From Camelus dromedarius (Eukaryota), in the NCBI RefSeq assembly GCF_036321535.1, contig NC_087436.1, positions 121,522,001-121,586,000 on the forward strand: a stretch of 64,000 nucleotides of DNA, read 5' to 3'. Below, in pieces: positions 30,047 to 41,400 of this stretch (its first letter is position 1; each line of letters begins with the position of its first letter). Both the position numbers and the translations under genes were made by a program. The notes beneath the pieces are model-generated. The model did no database searches, was not told the DNA's origin, and saw only the letters and a list, made by a program, of their open reading frames with translations.

Positions 30047-30632
30047 GCAGCTATTTTGTATCAAGTGCCTTTCTCCCGTGCATAGGCCTCGTGCCTACCA
30101 CACCCACTGCCCTGGGAGACCCCCAGGCACCAGAAGCAGCTTGAGCTGAACAGCTTTTATAGCTTCACTGATCACAGCCTGTCTCCCCTCCACTGGGCTG
30201 GAGTGAGAGTCAGGTGAAGGAGCCCCTACTGGTGGGGTCAGCACTCGTAAGGTGGTACTGGGGGTGTGCCCCGCACCCTGCCAGACTGGGGAGGAGGGTC
30301 CCCCTTTGCCAGGCTGTCCCACCACAGATCCTGGCTTCACTGCCCTGCCAGCGTCTGCTCAGACTGTGGACCCAGGACCGCCCCCAGGCCCTGCCTGTAC
30401 TTCCTGGGGACAGCGGGCACTTGCTGGGGCTGTGGCTCTGGGTCAGGGGCCCTCTGCAGAAGCAACAGATTGCACTTGACCAAGAAATAAACACTAGGAG
30501 ATTTTTTTTTTTTTTTTTGGAATGTGAGACAAACTTCTGGAAGTCCTACTTTAAAGGAACAAAAAAGGAAATTAAAGAAATTAAAACGCAAAACTGCTCC
30601 CCAAGTTTAGACAAGGAGACTGCTTAAAGAAA

Positions 30633-30638
30633 TTTATT
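30633..30638 (-). terminator. ADD1 polyadenylation signal AATAAA
   Basis: tttatt on plus at the end of the AT-rich distal 3'UTR, ~1.5 kb after the ADD1 stop; T-rich downstream on minus. Confidence 0.7.
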
Positions 30639-32127
30639 TGTGAGTAAAACATCGTATAGTGAAGAAAGGCCACAGGACCTGCCCTCCCAAGCCTGTGTCC
30701 ATGTACACAACTGAACTTCATGTTGTAATACAAAGAGTTAAAATAAACTACAAAAATGAAATTAAAGTCATTGCATATGTGGGGTCAGAGGCAGAGATAA
30801 AAGGAAGAGCCTGTGGTTAACTGAGTTCAGGGTGAGGGGAGAATTTACCACCATCTCGGCAACGCAACGATACACACGAAAAGCGGCTTGCTCGCCAGTG
30901 AGCTCGAAGCAGAGGTCAGTGCCATGCAGCCGGCCTCAGGTCCTGTGAGGGTGTCGAGGGCATGAGACCCGAGCCCACATCTGGTACCAGGTCCACCAAG
31001 GGGCCCTGCCCCTCCAGGGGGCCCACCTGGGGGACAGGCTGGCACCGGCAGCTCCTGGAACAGGGCACTGTCGAGGTGGCCATCGGGCCACCCATTGGCT
31101 CCCACTGGGCAGCTTCACGCTGTTTTCCAGGGATCTGAGTGGAGTGTTGGAGGCGGAGGGGGAGCTCCGTCAGTGACCACGGGACATCAGGTGGGGCCCC
31201 CAGGGCCAACTCCTGCCTCGAGCTGCCTTCATCAAGACCAGGGCACCCTTCAGGTGGAGCGAAGGTAAGAGCAGCTCCCCTCCCAGGTCTGAGACCTCCC
31301 CAAGGCGCGCGGCGCCCGGAGGCCCCTGATGCAGGCCCAGGGGGGAGGAGCGCGCCTGCGCAGAGGCCCGTTCGCGCTCGCTGAACGCAGGGCGAGCGGG
31401 CGCGCCTGCTGGAGAGGGAGTCGGAAATGCCTCTTCCCTCCCGACGCGCCTTCCCAACGATGGGACCCGGGCGACAGGGCTCTGGAGACCCCAGTGAGCA
31501 AGGAGCGGGATCTGGTTTGGGGCGCGGGAGCCACTGAGACCGCGCATCGGTTGCCCTGGGTGCAGAGGCCCGCCTGCTGCCGGGGGCGCCCGCTCACCCC
31601 AAACCCGCCCGGGAAAGGCCGCCTCAGAGGCTGCGCTGCTGGCGGGCGCGCGAGGGCCTCACAGGACCGAGCCTTCGTGGGCCTCACTGAGCAGACGTGC
31701 TAGCAGGAAGCTGTGGTCTGATCCAGTCACCTGAGACCTTGGGGTGAAGGCGCGGCAGACACGGGGAGCGGTCACTGCACAGCAGGAGGGCAGTGAGGTC
31801 AAGGTCAGGGCCTCCTCCGGTCCAGCCAGAAAATGACGTGACACCCCGAGGAGCCTGCGTCCCCGGGGAGCAGACTGAGCTGGGCCGACGTGCTGGTCCC
31901 TGTGGGGCAGGACCCGGAGCTGGACGCGGAGACAGAGTCTCCCCCAGAACCTGAGGCCGAGGGCCCGGGGTGGGGGCCGCTGCGCACACGGGGTTAGCAC
32001 CGCTCTGCGTGGGGGTGGGGGGGTCACTAGCTACACAGAGGGCGGGGCTTGCATTCCACTACACAAGGAGACAGCAGGGGACGTGGCCGGGGACAGTCTG
32101 GTGGCGTCAGTTTGGTGGGACAGGCCT

Positions 32128-32477
32128 TCAGGAGCCGCTCCTCGTCTTGCTCTTCTTCAGGAAGGAGGGGGTGCGGAATTTCTTCTTCTTTTTGGACGGG
32201 GACTTCCCCGGAGACCCATCGCTGCCGGGGTCCACGGCAGCCCCCTCCTCCGCAGCCGGGGCTGTGGCTGGCTCGGGGCTGGCCTCCGTGGGGGACCCGG
32301 TGGGGCTTGGAGGGCCCCCAGCTTCACAAAGCCCCTCCTCCTCCTCCTCCTCCTCCTCCTCCTCCAAAGTCGGGAAGCCGAGCGCTTCCGAAGGCTCATC
32401 CGGGGACAGGTCGGGGAGGGGCGGCTGGAAGGTGGCGGCATCGCTGTCGTCTCTGGGAGTCGGCTCCTGCGGTGGGT
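32128..32477 (-). CDS. ADD1: ADD1 last coding exon (MARCKS-related domain) to TGA
   Basis: gccag|[35 protein letters not shown]...[26 protein letters not shown]. Confidence 0.96.
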
Positions 32478-35400
32478 CTGGCAGGCGGGACAGGAGAGAC
32501 AGGGTTAGAGGGCGACTGCCCAGACCTCAACGGGGCATCTCGAGTGCCCTGCACAGAAACTGCCTCTGTATGACTCTAGGCAAGAATAAGAAACTTTAAA
32601 TAAGATCTGCCCTACTCCAAGGCTGGAGGCAGCTCATAGGACAAGACGGAGATCAGTCTCAGGGCAGTTCTAAGCTCCTCTCATGGACGGCCTGCTGACA
32701 CACCAGACTTGGTCACAGGGCCCCGGTCCCTACCGCGGACAGGGATCATGGCAAGCGGGGAACAATGTCCTGCGTTAAACACGTGAACCCTTCAGGACAC
32801 GTATCAGTAGCCCTGAAATCAAGCCTAGATTTACATCCACAACACCTGGTCTCCCCCAAGGAGAAAACTATGGGAAGCCTCAGCCACCAGCGAGAGCCCA
32901 GGAGTCAGCTCCCGGCTCCCAGACCCCGGAGCACCACCATCAAGCGAGAGCTGGAGGACTCCTCAAGGAAGAGGGATGAACTGTAAGGTGAAACTTCAAG
33001 CCATCTTAACAGTTTGAACATGGAAACGTGGAAGAGCCAAGCGGCACTTGTTTTAAAGCAGCAGCCTGTTGGCTGACTTCCACACTGACCCCGGGGGGAC
33101 CAGTTTTGTAGATTTTTTAAAACTATCTGCAAAGTTATAAGCCACAGAGTGGTTAGGCAACACCAAACCATCTAGTACCCAGAAATCTAGCCGAACATCG
33201 GAGGTGACAGGGAGCCGAGCTGAGCGAGCTGAGCAGAGCGCGGGAGAGGAGCGGCTGCAGGACGCGGCTCCAGGGCTTTCTCTGCCCAGCCCGCCCTGCC
33301 CGCTGCCTCCTGCCTGGGGTAGTTAGATGCTCCGGGGGTCAGCTGGTTAGCTGGGGCAGGAGGCAGTTGGGATTCACTGCCAAGCATGCAGAAGGTGCTT
33401 GGGGGGCTGTATCATTTAGCCAAATGTGACCACCCTTCCACCCTCCTCAGTTTAAGCTTAAGCACCCTGCTTAACGCAAAGATCCAAACACATGCAACCC
33501 ACATGCAGCAGGCTGGCAAAATCCCAGCCTGTCCGAACCTAGTCTAGACTTATGTCTGATCTGATACAGCAAAACCTCCCTGCTGAGCAGTGACGAGTCT
33601 CGAAGGCTGAAGGACAACGTGGTCCCTCCAGAACTTCTGAGACCCAGAGTGCCCTGGGCAGCACTGCCTCAGCCTAGGAGGTGCTGCAGGCAGGCTGCCC
33701 CCGTGGGGCTCAGGTGACACAACCCCTTTCAAGAAGGCCACTGCCCACGATGGAGGGACTGGGTACAAGAAAAGGGGGCTTTTGTTTTTATTTTGAATGA
33801 ACGGAAAACAAAACTTAATAAGCAACAAAGAAGCAAGAGAATGAGGCAAAGCACAGGGGACTCTGGTTAAGCGACAGGCCAGGCGGCGGCAGTACTTACT
33901 ATGGTAACAGGTACTCTTTAGCACATCCACCTCCTGCTTGTGACGCAGCCACAGGAAGAGAAAGCACAGGAGAGAATCTATGCGTTGTCACAGCACAGGG
34001 TTACAGACGGAGAATGGCCGGGCCATTCTTGTGGACACAGAGGGGCGGAAGGTGAGCCACAGGCCCCCGACAGGCACGGGGAGCATGGTGCACAAGGCCG
34101 AGGGACAGACACGCAGGCCACGCGCCAGACACACAGGGGGCTGGTCGGAGAGGCCAACAGAGGCCAGCACTCTCCATGACTGATAAATACGGCAAGTCAA
34201 ACGCAGTCCTGCGGCCCAGGCACAACGGAAGACATTTCCAGGGCTAATCTGAGCACAGTAAGGTTTAAGAAATGTGCAAGCAGTGGGCAGGATCGACATA
34301 AACGAAGCTGGGCTCCAGTCTGCAGTCTGTCCTCCCACCTTGTGAAGTCTCACTAAGGAACCTGTTCTGCTGCAAGTTACCCAGGACAGACAGAACCCAA
34401 CAGGAGCAGAGGCCGGCGAGTCAGAAGCCTGTGATGAGCCGGTTTCCGTGTCAGTGCACACCCCTGCGTTAGTGTCAGGCCAGCTACTGCCGCACTCCGC
34501 TGCTTTCTTCCAACCCGACAGAACTGGAGGTCCACACCTCCTGGCGACGCCGGTCCACAGGGCCGTGCACACCCCCCGACCCGGGGCAGCTACACCGCTG
34601 CCGCCCCCGGAGAGCTCACCTTCCTCCAGCTGGACCGGGGTGCTGGGGGGTGTGTGGGGGGCGGCAGGGGGCTCCGGAGGACTCTTTTCTTTCTGTTCTC
34701 CAGTCTCGTCCAGACTCTCTGCAAATGAACAGAAAGTGAGACGACGGTGAAAAGCTTTAGACACCAGGGCCTCCCCCCCGCCCCTCTGCCTGGACAGCCC
34801 TCCTGCCCCGACCCTCGGGGAGGGCTCACAGCCACTCCCACAACCTTTCACTCCTACTGGAAAGAGGATGAGGAAGCTGGCTATGATGGGGTGTGGGTCT
34901 GAACCTCGGGCTCTGCCAGAGCAGCCTCTGCGGCATGCTGGGACCAGTGACCCCAACCTGTCCTCTACTGCCCTCCAGTGAGGACCCCGCCCTCCCACCT
35001 GAGCAAGCAGCCCAGGGTCCCAGGCACCCTCGCCCTACTCGCCACCTCAAGGGACGTTACACGAGCATGACTGTGGTTTAAAGTTTTATTCAGGGCGTTT
35101 TCTGCCAACAATGTAAACTTCGCCACTGTAATGCGCAGTTGTACTTTCTTAAGTAAAATGTGCTGATAAACCAGAGGAAAAACTGCAAGAACGAGGACCC
35201 CGAAGTTCCAAATCTACTCCTCACTTATGGAAAAATGCACAGAATAACCCTAAGTCCTCAAATCTCCTCCTCTCATGTAAACTTCTTTTATAATTAGCAC
35301 CTTGGGACTAGTCGGCTCCGAATTCTGAACAAATCCAGCCTCCTAGGTCCCTGAGCTTGCAGCCCCCTTCCTGAGGCCAAGTGCCTGTAAACAAAGGCCC

Positions 35401-38400
35401 TCCCATGTCCTGCCTGAGCGAACAAGTTCCTTCCACCAGGAAGAGGAGCCAAAGCCAGAGGCTTTCTTCCTCTCACCTGAGGTGCTGAGCTCTGCCGGGC
35501 AGCCCGAGCTTTCCCCGCGGCACACGACTGCCCTCCCCCCACCCCACGCCGAGGGCCAGCACCAGTGCTGGGCAGGGGTCTCCTGGCCCCTGGCTGCCAT
35601 TCCCACTGCTGACAGCGATGCGGTCACAGAGCACGGTCATAGCTGTCCCCGTCCAGGTCCACTCGCTGTAACGTCCCTCCTGATGGAGCCTCACACGGAG
35701 AGGAAACTCCTGTGTCTTGTGTGGTTTAACTTAAACAAAACAAACACACAAGAACTCCAGGTCTCCTAGCCTCTGGAAGAGTCCGGAGGACAGGCATGCA
35801 TGTCTGTGCACAGGGGCGTCAGGCCACAGGACCGCCGGCTCAGGCCCACGCACCACCCCTTGTTCTTAGTCTAAGGCAGGTAATCACGGCCACAGCTCAG
35901 ACAAAGCTTTCTGCGGGGCTGCATGCCCCGTTCAGGAGACAGAGCTTGCCGTGAGTCTTAATTTTAACACGTATCTAACAGAAAGTGACAGGCAGTGACA
36001 ACGTAACACTTAGGAACAGCTCAACAGCACATTTTCTGCACAACTCAGATTTCAACAGCAGCTGAGCAACACATTAGTTGGTCTAGAACAAGACTAAAAA
36101 AAAAGTTAAACTGGGGCAAATCAGAGCTTGTCTTCGAAGCAGTACACAGTTCCCAAGAGGGGAACTTCAGTCCCACACACCAGGGGACTTCATTCCGGGA
36201 AGACTGACTCCCAGGAGGGAGAAGCCCTGAGGATGGCGGCACAAGCCTCCCGGCGGGGCCTCTGCGGGAACCAACCCAGGGCCCTCAGAGGGCAGGCGAG
36301 ACCCACCGCGCTTCCCGTCAAGAGGCGGGGGGCAGGGGTGGGGGGGCCGGTGTCTCTCCTGAGCTCTCAAAACGTTTGGATCTACTTTAATAAACCTCAC
36401 GTTTGAAGCAAGCTGCTCCATGAGGTTCTGGCTCTTAGAACCACTCGTTTTCCTTGATGTAAAACAGTCCAAACACATTTTATGAACACAAGACCTCTTC
36501 CATCAGCGAGCTACCCTACCGAGAGAGACAAAGCCTGCGCCAGCAGTCGGCCTTGCTCTTCTCGGGGCCCGGGGAAGGCCACGAGCGCCCGGCAGCCCAG
36601 CCGCAGGCCTGTGACCAAGCCCTGCCCGGGAGCCCTCGGAGCTCACAGGGAAGAAGAGCCCGCCAGAAAGCCCCAGCGCGACCACCGCTGAGACCTGGCC
36701 TGCCACGCGCGGCCCTGCTCCTGGGCAACAGGCCCATCTCTCGCGGCTGCCTGAGAGCTCGCTGAAACGCTCACATGTGCAGCACTGAGCACGGCACCTG
36801 GCACAATGTAACTGCTCAAAATGCGACCAGGAGAATCAAAGGAGGCCTCTCCTCAGTGAACTGTGACAGAGACACATTCTACACGTCAAAGGCCAAATGT
36901 GCGTTCAACGTGATGTTCAGGCCGCTTGCCCACTGACAAGCCCAGGTCACTGAGCTCTTCTGTGGGCGTCCGGAGCCCTCAACACAGACAGCGGTCCAGC
37001 AGGAGCAGCGAGCACTGCCCTCCGCAGCTGGGACCCCCCGGACAGTGGAGAGCCCATGAGCGCCGCCGGGACCACTAGGCCCGCGTCCTCCTTCCCCACT
37101 TCCTTCTTGCCCCGTCCCCACATCGGCTTCTGACAGGCAGGGCGCCTTTCAGGCCCAGCCTCGTTTTGGTGGGGGCACTCAGGGCAGGGCCACCCCCCGC
37201 CCTGTCTGACTGCATGCGTGTCCCTTCCTAAGCAGACCATTTACAGGTGAGTCTACCCTCTCGTTCCTCCAGAACTAGCCCGGGGGCAGATCAGAATGTG
37301 CACGGAACGGCATTCTGGTCTTTCTCTGTCCGGCAAGCTGCCCAGTCACACGGGACGGGGAGGCTCGCAGCACGGAGCCCGGGACCCAGGGGGCGCGTGC
37401 TCACCTTCAGGGCCCTTCTGCTTCCGCTCCACCTCCCTGCGGTACTCCTCCAGCTCGCGGTCAGTGAGCGTGTTGAAGGGGTTGGGGCCCGTGGTGCTCA
37501 CGATGACGTGGGGCTGGTACTCCTTCTCGATGATGGCCTTGGAGGCTGTCACCAGCTCTCCCTGCGGGCAGAAACGGACGCCGGTCAGCCTGCAGCAGCC
37601 CTGCCCCCAGGACTCTTCCCTGTCCCAGGCCAGGCTGCAGGTGGGGGGGGGGCGGGGGGGGGGGGCGGGGGGCGGGGCGGTTTCGGGGGAGCACACAGAC
37701 ATCCCTGAAAGGCAGTCCTGAGGCTTGGGCTGAGCTGCAGCCTGGGCAACGGAAGACTTTGGTGCCACAAAACAAATGCAACAGGAGAGGAAATCCCAGG
37801 GAAGTCCTCGGGTTACAGAGAAAGAGGCACCAGAGTGCAGGGGGAGCGCGCAGAGCACCTCAGGGAGGGCTCCATCGTCCCGGAGGGACGGCTGTAAGTC
37901 CATCACCCTCCTCCCGATTCACAGCACTGTGAGCTGAGTGCAGAGATTTGTTCACGGTCTAAGAGCACAGAAAAGTTCTGTTCTTTTGACTTTGTGTTTG
38001 GTTTATGACTAGATCCTGGAACTTAGCCCGAAACATCGATAGATTTAAAAAGAAGTCCCCAAACAGCAGCATTTGTCTGAGGAATTTGGAAAACTGAGAA
38101 TTTATTCGAAAGAAAAAAGCAAACAAGCAAAGCAGAGGAGGCCCCGGCACGGCCTGAGGCCGGCAGATGGGCTGGCAGCCGCAGGCGCAAAGCCCCCCAC
38201 AGCTCATCTGGTGGGCTCCCAAACGCTCTGGGGCTCCCTTCTGAGAAAGAGAAAGTTAACCAGAACTCAAGCATGCGCCCATTACTTAACGAGAACTCCA
38301 AAAACAAGAGAGAACAGGAGATTCCACAACTGTTTTGACACAAGGCCGGGCCATCGGCGCCCACTCCATCAGGCGAACACCAGATGCAGAGGGCACATGA

Positions 38401-41400
38401 GCAATGTGTGCAAGAGACAGAGCCAGGCCAAGCCCCGCGGAACACAGCCCACCGGCCAACTGCTCCCGTGGCAGAGGCTGGGGGCCAGGGCCGGGCAGTC
38501 GCTGTGTGGCAACATGGACCCCAGGGGAGAAAAGGCAGACGCTGGACTGGGCAGCCTGTGCTCAGAGAGCCTGGGGACGCGAGGCAGCTGCACAAGGGGG
38601 GCCCCCTCAGTGAGCAGGCCTGGTCCCAAATCGACAGGGTCGAATCCTCGTCCGCACGCGTTAGCTCTGTGGCCCGAGACAAGCCCCTTCCCGCGCACAG
38701 GCCTCAGCTGTGCTATCGGGGGCGGGGGGGCTAAGACGCGGGGGCAGGGGGACACTCTAGGACCCGTGGCAGCCAGGTAAGTGCACCTGCATCCTGGTAT
38801 CACTGCCAGTAGACGGTGATGCCAGGTCTGAGGGAAATGTTTACATTCATTTAAATCAAATGTTCAAAATTGTACCCGAGTAAAATATCAAGAATCAACT
38901 GCCAGAGATGCCCCGCGGACAAGCCAGGCCCTCTGTCTGCCAGGACGCCTGGCCCTCGAGGCCTGGCGTGGCTGGTTCCTGCCTGCACTGGCAGGGGCCC
39001 CTCCTCCAAACCCCTTGGCCAAGCTGCCTGCAAGGCCAGCTCTGAGCAGACCCGGGGACAGAGCCCCGATATTCTGGAGGGAGGGAAACACAGAGACACG
39101 GGAGCTGCAGAGGCACACAGGCGCGCTGTGGAGCAAGCCAGGCCGAGGGACCAGGGAGGACCGGCGCTCCCCGGGGAGGCTCCCGCTGCTTCTCTCGCTT
39201 CGGCCGGCCCGCCACGGGCTCCAAGCAGAACCGATGCGGCCTGTGTGCGACGACAGCTCTACCTCCGAAGCTGTGCAAGCCTGGGCTGGTGACCTGACCT
39301 CTCTGAGCATCAGGTTTTCATCAGTAAAACCTACCCATACTTGAACGTACATGTTTGGTGCTAGGCCACACACGTACTAGGTGTTCAACACCGAGTTCAC
39401 CACGCAGCCCCACAAGGTGAGCCCCAAGCCCCCTCACGCTTCCACCACACAGCAGCCAGCACACACGGAGCAAGGAACCTTGCGCTACGCAAGTCGGACA
39501 ACAGAGCTCTTCCCTCCACTGGACAGCCTGCAGTGTAAACTGTCACACCCTGGGCTCTAACAACTCTATTCACCTGCAGTGAAGTCCAGAAGGCAGCCAA
39601 AATTGCTTCAGGCCGCACGATGGCCTGTGCAACGCTGAAGTCAGAGCGCCTCTGGCTGGGCCCAGTGTCCTCCCGGAACTGCAGCGTCGGGTGTGGCTGG
39701 CGACTCCCTGCCCCCTCCTCCATCAGAAGACATCCCTGCCCTATGTGGACAGCCGTCACCAGGAGGGAGAGGTGAAACCAAAGTTCCTCCAGAAAAGCCC
39801 CAACTTCCCAAGTTGCAGACACTTGCCCCTCAGGTCCCCCCACAGAAAGTGTGCCGCACCCGTCTAACGGGGAGAGGGCCGTGCTTAGAACGTGAACAGC
39901 CCTCGTCCCTCTTGCTCGTGGAGGAGGAATTCAGTGTGCCCGGTGAGCAGTGCCGTCTTCCGGGCGTAACACCATCTGCACTTCGGGGTCCACACCAAGG
40001 ATGTGGACAAGGCCCCAGCCAAGGGCGTCAGTGGAGCCAAAGCACGTTTTTGTCATAAAAATGAAATGTGCTTAGTCGGTGGGGAAAAGACCAAGGGTGC
40101 CAACGTGAGCACCAGAAAGAGAGCAGGGGGGAAGCGGGAACAGAACTCCATGCAGGGGCACCCACACCTCCCAGCTGGGAGCAGCTCTCTCTGCTAACTC
40201 CACGGGACACAGCGCTCCCAGCCAGCATGCTGCTCCGACTACACAGGCGACACGGAATTTCACTCCCACAGGCTCTCGTTTCCCAGCCAGGCATGGGGCT
40301 CCTGCAGACACACCTCATGAAGCATTCACACGTGACTGCGTCACACCTCAGGTCTGCGCACCGCTGGGCAGAGCAAAAGCCACACTGTGGCGGGACGAGG
40401 AGCTGGGCACAGAGCACCCTTCAGTACAGCTCCCAGGCGGCCCTCCTGCCAGCTCCCAAGAACAGCCTGAAACCACCCAGAGCAGCAGGATGCCAAAGGG
40501 CCTGCAGAGCGACGCCGGCGAGCCAGCCTGGGCCCACCCCTGGGCTCGTGGACTCCTCGCACACCCACACCCCAGGTAAAGAGTCACAAACCAACCAGAT
40601 CACAACAGCTCACAGTCCAGAGCACCAAACGCGAAAACAGGCTGAGTGGGGTGAGAACACATCTTCTCCCTTCCTCGAGAAGCTCCTCCAAGAAGGGTCG
40701 CTGGAAGCACATTCTAAGGACAAGGAAAAAGGGGCCCCACGGAATGAATACATAAACACGCGAGGTAACTTGCTCAGCGGGGACGCCAGACAGACACACG
40801 GAACCACTGGTCAGACCCGCTCCTCGCTGGGGGTGCGCCTCACTGAGGGGCGGACCCTGGAGGCCCCCACGGACACGGGGCCTCAGCCGCACGGCCCCAG
40901 GCTCTGCACCCAGCAGCCTGAGCGCGCAGAGGGGTTCCTTCCGCCCGGCAGGTCACCCTGGACGCACGTCCCGCCTGCTGTGCACAGCAGGTACACGTGC
41001 AGCTGGAGACATTCAGTCTGGGATTTCAAATTTTCCCAAGTCTTTCCCTGCCTTGAAACATTTTAAACAATTACCTAAGATTCTTTTTTTTTTAGGTAAA
41101 AATACATTTCATCAGCAAGGGCTGACACAAACTGTTCTGTATTGTTCCCATTCCTCTGAAATGACACAGCCTCTGGCTGCCATGTTCGTGACATCCCTGG
41201 TCGCGGCTGAGCAAGCAGAGGCAGACTCTCCAGGGAGCAGCGCCGCGCTGCTCACCGTGGACCCACGCGAGCCTTCGAGATCAGCACACTGTAAAAGGCA
41301 CGTTTCCAAATCCCCGACATGCACTGGCCCATCACACGCGGAACTTGAGAAACACACCACGTCACTAACTAAGGCCAGCCACTTCTCAGCACAACACACA

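Noticed and set aside
40068..41066. 332-aa plus-strand ORF antisense within an ADD1 intron
   Set aside because: No domain similarity, splice support or ATG start; composition typical of chance ORFs in GC-rich introns.
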